Shown here piece by piece: positions 50,500-63,819 of a DNA stretch of 64,000 bases. The stretch comes from Octopus vulgaris. Taxonomy: Eukaryota. Positions within the stretch are counted from its first letter, which is position 1, and each line of letters opens with the position of its first letter. Both the position numbers and the translations under genes were made by a program. The notes below the pieces were generated by a model. The model worked only from the letters and a program-made list of their open reading frames with translations. It was not told the origin of the DNA and did not search any database. Location of the stretch: positions 48,236,001-48,300,000 of the forward strand of contig OX597821.1 in assembly GCA_951406725.2 (NCBI GenBank), written 5' to 3'.

Positions 50500-52950
50500 A
50501 GCGATACTGCTGATGGGAGTTATACACCTCTCTTATCTCATCAGAAAAACTGTGCCTTATAGAAGGAAACTGATTACATTTTTGAAATCTGCGGACAAAA
50601 CTACATATAAAACACCATATAATATCCCTGATGAAAATTGGCTGTTGTCTTGTGAAAAATGCAAACCTAATCATGTGAGGATTAAAAATCTGGTTAAACT
50701 TAATAGATAGTAGAAAGTGCTTATCTAATGCAATGAAAACTTTTGCAGGTATATTTGTTGCCACTTGCTTTCTGGAAACTGCATTATACTATAATATGTC
50801 AAGATTTATTTTTTCTTTTATGGGGGTGGCCATTAATTTTGGTAGCTGCCTTATTTTTATGTGAATATGTTTGGCTTAAAAGTTTATCCATCTTTACTTG
50901 ATATGCAACTATTTTTATTTTAGTAATTCTTGATCTGGTGAGTGCAAGTCACAATATCCTTGTCGTGGTTCTTCATTTTACATTTACTATCTTTATTATT
51001 AATAACTATTTGGTTTGAAGCATAGATTCTATTCAGATTTGCCTATATCTTGTTTTTAGGGATATACAAGTTGTCGCTGACTTACAACCTATACAACTTA
51101 CAGTCGATCGACTTTATGACATTTGGTGCACCAGCTCCCAGTAGCAACAATAAATAGTCCAGTTGAAATCTAATGGGTTTAATTTCTTAGAAATTAACCT
51201 GTCTACGGATGATATCAGGTAACAAATGCTTCCCCTAGGTTTTGGTTATCGATCGCTATTGCGTTGGATGACTATCCTGTCGTGGAGACAGTGAGGCATT
51301 GTCATATTTGTTTATAAGGTGACTGCTTAAGACTCTGAAATTTTTGACTAAGGCCAGTATAATAGTATAATACAGAATGTTGTGTGTGACTTTTACCTGA
51401 AAATGTACCTTAAGAATGTAAAAATATAAAACAAAGCCTACAGGTCAACATACAAATAAATCAACGTGGCTGTGTGGTAAGTAGCTTGCTAACCAACCAC
51501 ATGGTTCCGGGTTCAGTCCCACTGTGTGGCACCTTGGGCAAGTGTCTTCTGCTATAGCCCTGGGCCGACCAATGCCTTGTGAGTGGATTTGGTAGACGGA
51601 AACTGAAAGAAGCCTGTCGTATATATGTATGTGTGTGTGTGTGTGTGTCTGTGTTTGTCCCCCTAGCATTGCTTGACAACCGATGCTGGTATGCTTACGT
51701 CCCTGTCACTTAGCAGTTCGGCAAAAGAGACTGATAGAATAAGTACTGGGCTTACAAAGAATAAGTCCTGGGGTCGAGTTGCTCGACTAAAGACGGTGCT
51801 CCAGCATGGCCGCAGTCAATGACTGAAACAAGTAAAAGAGAGTAAAAGAGAGAGTTACAACTAGTCAGTCGGAACCAATTGTAGTTGTAAGTTGACAACG
51901 ACCTGTATATTAATTTATTTTTGTATACAGCTTTCATTAGGGCATTATTTTTCAATATTTCTAAAGATCTCTTCATTTTCAGACAATCCAGAAACACGAA
52001 TAGAAACATTTTTGACAATTGAGCTGGTAATATTTTGGGGATGATTTGAGTTAAAACTAATGTATTTAAGGTTATCATTGGGTTTGTGGTATGGTCGATA
52101 TTCTCCTCTACCCAAACACAAGGTAACATCTAAGAAGTTCACTTACTATGTTCAATCTCAATGGAGATAGACCTTAGATAATTTAAATAGCATTTTTTCT
52201 GTATTTTTCCATGTTTTACATTGCTAGATTTACATACCCTAAGTAACCCCAGCCTCCACCCATTTGTGGAAATTCATTATTGATACCTTATAGGATATAA
52301 ATACCTACCAAGTCCATTATCTGAGTGGAACTGCTAGATCTGAGGGTAATGTGAAACTCATCAAATTCGATAATGGATTTTCTGATTGTCAGTATGATGT
52401 CTACTTCTTTAGATAAACTAGAGTTTTTCATCACGAATATTAATGCTTTATTATGTAGAATCATGTTAATGGATGCATTGTTATTTGAAATGTTTAATTG
52501 TGTGAACTGAGTTTTTTATCTTTAATGTCAGTGAACCAGTCAATTACTTAATATGAACTAGACCATAAGTTAAGTTTAATTATATTTCTAAGCTTGGGTA
52601 TGTGTCTGTCAATGAAAAAATTAATTCTGTCTATATCTGACTTTGAAGGGCATATAAGTCTAACCAAGGGATTAGTAATGAAGATAGGCTTATGGTCCCT
52701 CAGTTTAATTCTAGGAGTTCTATGAAGATAGAGTTCAGTCCTATTCTCTGAATTCAACCTCTCTACTACTTAGCCTACAAGTTAATATTTATGAGGTTGT
52801 TTTTGAGGTTATTTTATAGTCTTTCAGAATTTCGTTTTTAATTAGAGGGTGGTACAGATTATAATCTAAGTGGTATATATTACTAGTTTTGTCCATGTGT
52901 ACTAGAATAAACAAGCTTTTGAGGATGTATAATTCCCCATTCTTATTTTT
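50500..52950 (-). mobile_element. Third Naiad-like PLE fragment (RT, long linker), interrupted by a SINE
   Basis: KLRDHKPIFITNPLVRLICPSKSDI, NFLDVTL..YRPYHKPND..YISFNSNHP..IVKNVSIRVSGLS, VATNIPAKVFIALDKHF. Confidence 0.8.
51465..51855 (+). mobile_element. Full-length tRNA-derived SINE family C (CORE-like ggcaccttgggcaagt motif)
   Basis: A/B box head (tggctgtgtggt..ggttcagtccc), internal (TG)n, tail gtaaaagagagtaaaagag; near-identical inverted copy at 59062-59475. Confidence 0.9.
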
Positions 52951-52957
52951 AATGTTT

Positions 52958-52993
<36 letters not shown>

Positions 52994-53689
52994 TGTCAGA
53001 ACTTATTGTGGACAAGGCTACATAGCGTTCAATTATAAGTAAATAAGAAATACACATTAAGTACAGGACATCACTAATGAGTGAAAAATACGTAAACACT
53101 ACAGGACAAAATAGCAAAAGAGAGTAACTCCTCATCAGTTGTCGACTGTTTATTAGTACCCATTTTGTGCTTTTAATGACAAGACAGGAATACTTCATTG
53201 TACAGCAGAATCCAGAAATTTCAAAAATATAAAATTTGTGGAGAGTTAGGGCTCTCCAACAGAGTGGATGTATAGAGTAAACAATCAACAAAGACAAACA
53301 TTAAGGGCCATTAGGCTAAGATGAATTGTAATGGGTAACAAAATGTTTTCTACTATTAGATGAAATGGTGCTCATAGGTAATTTGAGAGCACTGATTCCG
53401 AATTGGCAATCATTTTTGCTCTTGCACATCATGGTTTTGTGCTATCATTTTTATACTGCTATCAAAATTACAATAATGTGAAAATTCATTACAAATAAAA
53501 TGAATGTTATGTTAAGCATAAATTACTGTTCTTTGGTATAAGAACAATAGCAACTAGGTAGACAAGTATCTCTAAAACCAATAAAAAACAAAACAAAAGT
53601 GTAAAGTGAATATTATTAATTTTATATTTTTCAAAAATAACTTTGGCATCTTCTTTTAAGCTTATGTTATATGTCTGTTTCTTGTTTTA

Positions 53690-55858
53690 AAAACCAGCAG
53701 TAGTCAGTATGTTTGGTGTTAGTCTGCCACTGTAGCAGCTTTCTAGCTCTTTGATTTGTTGCTGAAATCATTCACCATGGTCATGACTTGCACCATATTG
53801 GGTAGAAAAAAGTCAAGCTGAGAGTGGAGAAAATGAATTTTTAGAGACGTTCTTCCTTATAAGATCTCAAAAAATCATTCACAATTGCAATGTAGTTAGA
53901 TGAATTTTCATTTCACAAAAAAGTTTTTACAAGAGAAACAAACTTTTCCCAAACAGTTTTCTCCACTGGGCTTAATTTTTCTTGAAAAAGCTCATCACAA
54001 AATAGTGTGCGAATTTCTGGTGCATTAAAAGCACAGCTTTGATCTTAGCTTTACTGTTGCTAGAAGCAAAATTTTCACTGGGATATTTGAATCCTTCACT
54101 GTCTTCATTCATGACCTTGACAAAATTCTTAAACAAGCCAAGTTTAATGTGAAAGGGAAAAAGGTAAATTTTCTGAGGGTCAACTAAAGGGATATATTTA
54201 ATGTTGTATCTCTCTGAAGTGAAATCACTTCTCTTAGGCTACTCTTTTTGATCATAGTGATGATGCTTGTCATCTCTGCTGTTCCAAAAGCACAAAAAGC
54301 ACTGATGCATTTGCAATCCAAGAAGCAAACCAATAACTTTCAAGTCCCTGCATATATTCCCCTTATGCTCAGAATATTTAATCAAGTGAAAAATTTTATC
54401 CGTTGATTGATGTGCTAGTGGTATTGAAAGTTTTTGATTGCCATTATGCAACAAAACAGCTTTTAGGCTTGCTTTGCTGGAATCTATGAAGAATCTCCAT
54501 TCTTCTGGATTATGGCCATATTCCATCCCATATAGGAGTCCTTCAACATCACAACAAAAGCAAATACCATCTTTCTCCATAAAAAATTCATGCAATTCTG
54601 TATGCCATTTTCGAAAATATGAGCATTTTACACCATCTTGTAAAAGATTCCATTGTTTCAACCTGGAGCCCAGAAGTTCTGGCTTTTCTTTTGTTAAACC
54701 CATGTCTCTAACTAAATCATTTAACTCAAATTGACTTAATGAGGAATTTTTTTGAAGATCCTGGTTCATCACAGTGATCTGCTGTGTCACTAGCACACCT
54801 TCAATTGAAGTAGATGCAGTACTTTCTTCACTTAAACTATCTTTGCCAAAAGATGAGGGAGGTTCTGGAATTGGAATATTTTCAGCAGCATGCGCAACTA
54901 GTTTTAAAGCTGAAGGGCAATCTGGATAAACAATCTTGGATTTGTTCTTCTTAGAGAAACCTGTGATGTTAGTTAAGCAGAAATAGCAATCGGTATAGTG
55001 GTTTGTTGGTTCATGCTATATTGTCGGTACTGAAAATGACATACTTTTCTGTTTACCATTCAGCCATTGGGTTAGTGCTATATAGAGTTTTTACAGCAAA
55101 CATGTGGCACCCACAGTTTATCTTGGTCCCCAACTTTGCACCAAAAGTAAAGCTTGTAAGCATTTTAAAATTTCTTTGTAATCTTATTTCTCTGATCTTT
55201 TAGCATAATTTTCCACACACATAATAACAGCTATCCGGGTGATTAATGCAAACTTTTCTGCTCATCATAAATACATACTGTAATAACCTAAATCAATACT
55301 CAAGGAAGCCTCTCAGTAAACTAAAATATAAAATTAACCAACGATAAATGTTACTGCAAAACATCAAAATAAATTTCTCAAAAAGATAATTGAAATTATT
55401 ATAGAATGGCTATCACGAAACAATTTTTTCCATCTCTAAATTTCAAACATTGATCACTTAAATAAATAACTAAACCTACTACTAAGCTACTTTTCATATA
55501 ACCTGGCTCTCTTATTTGATGTACTTCATTTTAACAGCACTAGCAGTTATCAAGAAAAGGGAATCTGAGTAGCTTGCTATAACTAAATATCAATAGCCTA
55601 CTGTGAGGAGAACTTTATTTTAATTACAGTGATAACAAAGCAAAATAAATTCTCATTTTGTGTGGCAATTTTACAGGTAGCATAGCCTACTACTTTGTCA
55701 ATATTATCAATTGGTTGGAAAATCTGATGCTGAGAATAACTAAAAAAAACTATACATGTTGTCTGAAAACTGATGTCAGATTCAGATTCAGCACCCCAAA
55801 ATAACCCTAAATCAACTGAAAAAGTGTAAATAGCAAGACAAAAAAATTTTTGTTAAAG
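53690..55858 (-). mobile_element. Second, divergent Chapaev3-type transposon (5' end and transposase pseudogene)
   Basis: MMSRKVCINHPDSCYYVCG (ATG 55268), GDQDKLW, DCYFC, ELNDLVRDMGLTKEK, WRFFIDSSKASLKAVLLHNGN, CFLCFWNSR. Confidence 0.7.
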
Positions 55859-55901
55859 AGGGATAGAGAGAAAGAAAGAAAACAGTGTGGAGTCGCAGAA
55901 A

Positions 55902-56297
55902 TCTTTATATATAAAAGTAAGATTGTGTGTCTGTCTCCTACGATTTAGATTCCTAACTACTCCCACATTTTGCGGTGCAGTTTAACCAAAACCGAGTATC
56001 TTATAGTCGTGATTCATATCGAGCCCTTCTGGGTATTAGCGCACGTCTACGATGAGTCTACGATTTTAAAAAAAATTTACCATCATTTTTTTCCATTTTA
56101 ATGCATTTTTCGCTATTATATAAGGGAAGTAACTCTCTAAAAATGTCTACAATGAGTCAACGATTTAAAAAAAATTTACCATCATTATTTTTCCATTTTT
56201 AATGCATTTTTTTGCTATTTTTTGGCTATAACTCTCTAAAAATGCTTATATAGTTATTTCCCTTACAAACCCGAGCAACGCCAGGCGATACTGCTAG
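55902..56297 (+). mobile_element. Non-autonomous Helitron
   Basis: A|TC start, CTAG|T end, subterminal hairpin cccgagcaacgccagg, no TSD; internal ~100-bp tandem duplication at 56045-56245. Confidence 0.8.
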
Positions 56298-56813
56298 TTG
56301 CATATAAATGAAAGAATTTATTATAGAAAAGGCTGTGTTGCATTCAATTATAAATAAATAAAAAATACACAATAATGTTTGTCTTTGACGATTGTTTACT
56401 CTGCATGTCCACTCTGTTGTTGTTTGTTAGTTTGAAGCCTTGACTCTCCACAAATTTTATATTTTTGAAATTTCTGGATGCTGCTGTCTTATGAAGTATT
56501 CTTATCTTGTCATTAAAAGCATAAAATGGGGAGTAGATGAGTGAATTATCTTCGTTTGGTATTTTGTCTTGTACCTTTCTCACATGTGTTTACATATCTT
56601 TCAATCGTTGGTGATGTCCTGTACTTAATGTGTACTTTTTATTTATACACACACACGTACATACATACATACATACATACATACATACATACATACATAC
56701 ATACATACATACACACACACACATATATATATATAAAATTCAGGGTGAATACTTGATAATTGTAAGCACCTGTATATGCCATTTAGTGGTGTAGGTGATA
56801 GAGTATATTTATC

Positions 56814-56953
56814 AAAATAAAAACATGATGCAAGGGATTTAGCGGTACATATGTTTCTGGCTTTTATTAGACGGTTTATATCAATGCATAAACCGTCTAA
56901 TAAAAGCCAGAAACATATGTACCGCTAAATCCTTTGCATCATGTTTTTATTTT
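56814..56953. repeat. Fold-back hairpin, 66-bp arms, 8-nt loop, 1 mismatch
   Basis: aaaataaaaacatgatgcaaggg..gacggtttat atcaatgc ataaaccgtc..tgcatcatgtttttatttt, followed by (TA)n. Confidence 0.95.
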
Positions 56954-59004
56954 ATATATATATACGTATACACACACACACACATACATATACACACACA
57001 TACATAGAGAAAGAGAGAATGGGGAGGAGAGGGTGGAAGAAGTATAGAGAAAAGTCTTTCCAATATATCTATCACATTTAATAATTCTTAGCTGAAACTA
57101 TTAATGTGTTTGAATTAATATTGCTGTCTTGATGTATCCATTTACTCAATCTTTACTATTTCAATAACAATATCAATAAAAGATATCTTTACTGCAAGAA
57201 AATAACAAGCATTTATTAAATCTTATCACCACCACATTATGAAGATTTTATTCATGCTTTAATTACCACAAGATTAGACAGCAGCAATTCTTTGTTAAGC
57301 ACCAGTAAGTTAAGCATCAATAAATGACAATGTCATTACAGGGCTACACTACGTTTTATATTGAATATGTGAAATTGTAAGAATATCAAATATTGCAGCC
57401 GTAATTTTCTAGGATCAATATTGATCAGTGAGAAATATTGGTAAATCATTCAATGTATGATCGCAACATGTCATCTGTTAATGATCTATAAGAATGTCTT
57501 CACGCTATTTTCTGTGGCTGCAATTTTTAACATTGATCATAGTAACTTATCAAAGTACTACCATTTCTGAACTGCTGAGAAATGGAATATTCTTTTGCTG
57601 TGCTTAAGATGATGTTGTTATTGTTGTCAACAAATAACTGGTGAAGCGTCGTCGTCATCGTCGTCGTCACCACCACCACCACCATCATCATAACAATTTT
57701 ATGTCCACCTTTTCAAGGTCTCATGGATAAGATGAAATTCATTGAATCAGATATCCAATGGCCAGAGTTCTTTTCTGATGCCAAACCTCACCTGCTTCCA
57801 TGAAAGGTAATATTTCTGCTTGGCCAGACATGCTTTGCATGAAAGATTGAAACTGAACGACTACTTTGCTCTACCTGGTTGTATCTTTTTGTCTTTCTCC
57901 TTTTTTTTTATTACAATTCTGTATGACTGACCGTTCAATCATGTATATTTATTATGATCTTCCTGGAGCATTTAAATGATGATCATAATATAATTGTTGT
58001 TGTTGTTGTTAATATTGATATCATTTTAAACTTTTGTAGCTTCCTTCCAAACACATTTTATTTCAAGCATTACCAAATGAATTTTCTTTGAAATACTTAT
58101 AAAAAGAACAAGAATTACTACAGGAGTGGCGGAAGATGTTCTTGATACCCAGGAACCGACAACAACAAAAATGAGGTTTTTTTCATCAACTTTGAAAGAT
58201 TTTAGACATATTTTACACATATTTTCACATTCAAAATGGCTACCACACATACTTATGTCACATGACAATGTACTACCAGGGCTAAAAAAAAATCAAAATC
58301 AAGTACACAACTAAATGTTTAGGAGAAAGAAATAAACAGTTTGGTGAGCAATCAATATTGAAAAATGTCTGAAATACTTAATTTACCTTGGAGACAGTGA
58401 CAGCAACAACAGCAACAACAGCAACAACAACAGAATTGTCTTTTACATGATATCAAATTCTGTGGGAAAACAAACCTTCCCTGCACATTAAATTAACAAA
58501 GAGAATTTTTCAAACTAACACTGTTGCAGGAAAAAAATGTGATTGAAGAATTCTGTAATGTACAGCAGTATTTCTTTGTTACAGAAAATATTTCAGGAAA
58601 AGGCGAAGAGAAAAATTTAATAGCCCTGCTTACAAAAAAATATTATTGGATTAAATTTACCTTACTGCACAACAATCTCACTAAGACATATTGAGAGAAA
58701 TTATCTTAACTAAGAAGGCAAAAGCTATTACACTAATTTGTTGCACATTTAAAATATAGGCTGAAATTGTCGAAGATACCTCCAATTACATATTTGTGTC
58801 CCAGTATATGAGGCAAAAAACATTCATAGCTAGGAGTATACTCTAGGAGCATAATCAAAGTAGGGTTAAATAAATGTCACCTGTGATCAGAGGATGTCAA
58901 AATGGGCTTGCAAGTCCTAATGTCACTCCCAATTTCCCACCAAGTGCCCAGTAAATGATGACATGATGAGTATGAAATTGGTGAAAAAGGATAGAAAGTT
59001 TTAT

Positions 59005-59666
59005 GATAGGGTGCTGAAAAGTTCCTGGCTTTCGGTAAAAGAAAATACAGGAGGATCGATTACTCTTTTACTCTTTTACTTGCTTCAGTCATTTGACTGC
59101 GGCCATGCTGGAGCACCACCTTTAGTCAAGCAACTCGACCCCAGGACTTATTCTTTGTAAGCCCAGTACTTATTCTATCGGTCTCTTTTGCCGAACCGCT
59201 AAGTGACGGGGGACGTAAACACACCAGCATCGGTTGTCAGGCAATGCTAGGGGGACAAATACAGACACACAAACATACACACACACATATATATATATAT
59301 ACATATTTACGACAGGCTTCTTTCAGTTTCCGTCTACCAAATCCACTCACAAGGCTTTGGTCGGCCCGAGGCTATAGTAGAAGACACTTGCCCAAGATGC
59401 CACGCAGTGGGACTGAACCCGGAACCATGTGGTTGGTAAGCAAGCTACTTACCACACAGCCACTCCTGCACCTATAATTATGCTTTTATGATAATTATGC
59501 TTTTATGATTAATTATGATTTTATTAAACATATTCCCCTCTCAAATTCACACACTTATTGCAGTGATCCTTCAGTTTTTCTAAGCCCTATAAAACAACTC
59601 AGAAAGTTGGGCTCCAACCAGACCTTTCACTATACCCTTAAAGCAGGAACTTTTCAGCACCCCTAA
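59005..59666. mobile_element. MITE family M1 with nested SINE
   Basis: TIRs gggtgctgaaaagttcct / aggaacttttcagcaccc; the halves are collinear (inverted) with 5772-5985. Confidence 0.8.
59062..59475 (-). mobile_element. Full-length SINE family C
   Basis: Reverse complement of 51465-51855 at high identity. Confidence 0.9.
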
Positions 59667-59759
59667 TATATATCAAAACACATCATAGAGCTGAATGACT
59701 GAAGAACTGTAAGCTTTAAGCCAAAACCACAGAAAACAAAAATAATGAACATCAACAGC

Positions 59760-60530
59760 AACAACATAGCTTATTGTATGAGAGCGCTGAGAATATTCTG
59801 CACACTGAACTTGGCATGATGAAGGTTTCTACTCGGTTAGTGCAATGTCTCTGACACCTGATGAAAAGCACACCAAGCTGATCACATCATAGCAAAATCT
59901 GACATTATTTGAGGCAGGTCCAGCTAGATTCCTTGGATGTTTTCTAACCTATGATGAGTGTTGGCTCCATCACTTTGAGCCAGAGACAAAGAAACAATCC
60001 ATGCAGTGAAAACACTTCTCCTCAACTGCTCCAAAGAAAGCCATGATTGTTTCATGGGCAGGGAAGGTGATGGGGATGCAAAAGGTATTGTGTTTATTGA
60101 CTATCTTTAAAAGGGCCAAAACATCAATGGAGAGTACTATGCCACCTTGCTGACACAGTTACAAAGGGCTATCAAGACCAAATGCGAAGAAAAACTGATG
60201 AAAGAAGTCATGTTTCATCAGGACAATACACCAGCACATGAGTCCTCAGTTTCAATAGCTCCTGTGCATGACTGTGGCTTTGAACTGGTTGGTCCTCATC
60301 CCTATTCTCCTGATTTGGCCCCATCTGAATATCCTTTGTTCCCCAGCATGTAAAAAACACTTGGCTGAGAAGCATTATTGCAGTGATGATGACATCATAT
60401 CTAGTATTGATTACTTTTTCAATCAACAGGACGAAGGCTTCTTCACCAATGGAATCCAAGCACTACAACATCAATGAAAGAAGTGTGTGGATTGCAAGGG
60501 AGTACTATGTTGAAGATTAAACCTCATTTG
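59760..60530 (+). mobile_element. Degenerate mariner transposase fragment
   Basis: DECWLHHFEPETKKQSMQ, GIVFIDYL..INGEYYA, FHQDNTPAH, PYSPDLAPSEY. Confidence 0.85.
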
Positions 60531-60538
60531 ATTACATT

Positions 60539-60583
<45 letters not shown>

Positions 60584-61355
60584 TGTTTTAAATCCGGGTT
60601 TTATCCCTGTTAACAGGGGTGGCTGAATCTACCGCAATACCATAGCAACCGAGGTAGGCAGGTGCAGCCCATCCCAAGCTTTGGGCAGGCAGGTGCAGCC
60701 CATCCCAAGCTTTGGGCAGGCAGGTACCCATTCTCTTTTGCTATCATGAGGCTTTTTTGGAGCTGGATTTTCTATGAAAAGCATGCCCTTGCTTACCCCC
60801 AACCTCAGTTTCTAGGCATGAGTGGTCCCAAGACCAAGGCCTCTACCACTATTTTTAAGAAATGTGGTGGAAAACTAGCTCAGGAAGGCAGGGACGCTAC
60901 TCCCTGAGACCTCTTTCGGAGCCCCACTACCTAACAGATCATATTGGTTGGCCAATGAACTTTTATGCTGACCCTCATAATGAGAAATCAATGAAAGATA
61001 TGGCAGTGTACATCATACAAAAATGAAAGAAATAAGTCATGATGATGATGATAATGATGATGATAATAATAATAATAATCATCATCATCATCACAATCCA
61101 GACTACCAGCACCATCGTTATCATTTAACATAACTTTTAAATGCTTGCACCAGTCAGACAGAATTTGTTGAGGGAGATTTTTTTACACCCAATTAACCTT
61201 TTTGTTTTCAACCCTCAACTGTTTCCAAGCAAGGTAATATTTCTCTTTACATGTGTTTCATAGGAAAAATGGAAATGAACAACATCACTTCTGAGACAGT
61301 TTTGTTCATTCATGACCATCTTGTGATATGAAGACAAGGGTACAGACGCATGCAC

Positions 61356-61730
<375 letters not shown>

Positions 61731-61740
61731 TGTATACATA

Positions 61741-61935
61741 TAAGGGAGTGCTGAAAAGGTGAAAGGCCTGGTTGGAGGTCCAACCTTCTGAGTTCTTTTA
61801 CAGGGCTTAGAAAAACTGATGGACTGCTGCAGTAAGTGCGGGAATCTGAGAGAGAAATATGTATAATTGAATCATAATTAACTGACCCTGCTGTTGTTTC
61901 TTTTACTCAAAGCCAGGAACTTTTCAGAACCCCTT
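61741..61935. mobile_element. MITE family M1 copy
   Basis: gagtgctgaaaagg..ggttggaggtccaacc..ccaggaacttttcagaacccc. Confidence 0.8.
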
Positions 61936-61944
61936 CCCATATGC

Positions 61945-62095
61945 ATTGGTTTTCTTTCAGTTTTCATCCACCAAATCCATTCACAAGCCATTGGTGAACC
62001 AAAGGGTATAGTGAAAGACATCTGCCCAAGGTGCCATGCAGTGGGACTGAACATGAGACCACATGGTTAGGAAGCAAGCTTCTTAACTCACTGCA
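61945..62095 (-). mobile_element. 5' fragment of SINE family C
   Basis: ctttcagttttcatccaccaaatcc..cccaaggtgccatgcagtgggactgaac. Confidence 0.75.
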
Positions 62096-62943
62096 ATGCT
62101 TGCATGTAATGAAAGAAACAATTTTGGAGAATGTTAAAGAGGCATGAAATTTATATTTAAAACTAAACTGAAAACTGAAAGCTAAATATTAAAGCTGTTC
62201 CTCTAATAGATTATAGTTATAATAATTGGTAATTGTGGAAATGATCAAGATAAGGAAAGAAGGGAAAAAAACAATACGATTTAGAACACATAATCTAAAA
62301 ACTTATGTTGGAGCATTTTATTTACCATAAATACAAGGACTCTTTTATAATTAAAAAATATATATATTATGAGACAACAAAAATATCTAGAAAGAAAATA
62401 ATGGGAAATTAGAACAAATAACTAGAAAACATGAATAAAATACAAAATTTTTATTGCCTTTGAAGAGACAAAGAGATAAAGCATAACAGACATTAAGGTG
62501 AAAGGCAGTTTGAAGGAAAATGGAGAAAGTATAGCATGAAATATTGATTTCTAAATCAATTATTGATTTCTGTAGCATTTTTCTCCAGGCATAAATAATA
62601 TATAATATTAATAATATACTGAAAAATAAAAATAAAAAATGGGACAAAAAATGAAGACATTGACAATAAAATCCCTTACACTGGCAAAATCCCAAAAGAC
62701 TGTGGAGCAAAAATGGATTAAGTATATTCTAAATGAAATCCTAAACAGAGAGTAAAGGATTATGATTGCAGCATAAGAACTTAGCCTTATCACCAGAAAC
62801 TACCAAAACATAAAATGTAGCAAATTCCAAAGTATAAATGAGGAATATGTGAAGGTATTGAAGAAACTTTCAGTCATACTGGTCATGTCTGTTGAGTCTC
62901 ATTGGAAACAGAATGTGTGTGTGTCTTTGTATGTATAAATATA

Positions 62944-63819
62944 TACAGGGTGCATGAATATATTGTCATCTAAATTACACAAAAAGGAAAATAACACTAA
63001 CATCTCGTTTCAACAGATATATTTGCCAAAATTACAAAAAAAAAAAACATCTTGAAATACTAAAGAGTAAATTTATTCAATAAAATTGCCATTGCCATTG
63101 CCTCCATGGCCTCCAGACAACTTCGAAATCTCCTGCAACTCTTCTGGACAGTCTCCTTGTTTAAGTCGGTGAATGTTGCCATAATCCTTGCCCTCAGTTC
63201 AACTTGGATGTTACAAGGAGTTTTATTGGTATCTCACTCAACTACACCCCACACATAACAATCAAGAAGGTTGCAGTCTGGGGAGTTAGGTGGACAGATG
63301 TTAAGAGTGATGTGGTCACAGAAATTGTCTCACAGCCATGACTGAGTTCTCCTGCTTGTCTGTATGGTGCAGTCCTGTTACCAGACATAGGGTCTTCCAG
63401 CAGCCACCCTTTTGACTCAGGGCAGCACTACCTCCTCCGTGTTAGGCCTCCGTGTTGAGTCTAAGGTCGTGTGAGAAGATGAATGGGAGCATAACATCAC
63501 CATCACTAGGGATCACTCCAAACACCAAGATGTTGACTGGATGTTTGATTTTTATCACTCTTGGTACATGTTTTGGGGACAGGGCAAGCCATCTGTTGTT
63601 CTGTATGTTCACCATCTGTTTGTATTGGAGCTTTGGGCATGAATGCCAAGCAGTACAGCATGTCGTTTCCAAATTTCTGGCAGAGTTAATAGCGTATTGG
63701 TGCTGTTTTTCTTACAGATAGTGCCCAACTGCCCCTACTATACTGTGCAGTCAACAAACAATGCACATGCGTGAAATTAAAAATATAAAATGGTAACAAT
63801 TTACCCATTGCACCCTGTA
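62944..63819 (-). mobile_element. Internally deleted Tc1/mariner element, maT (DD37D)-like
   Basis: TA-flanked TIRs cagggtgca..attgt / acaat..tgcaccctg; peptides QNNRWLA, KHPVNILVFGVIPSDG, RPYVW*QD and PPNSPDCNLLDCYVWG. Confidence 0.8.

Noticed and set aside
60655-60725. 30-bp exact tandem duplication
   Set aside because: A simple slippage duplication with no further structure.
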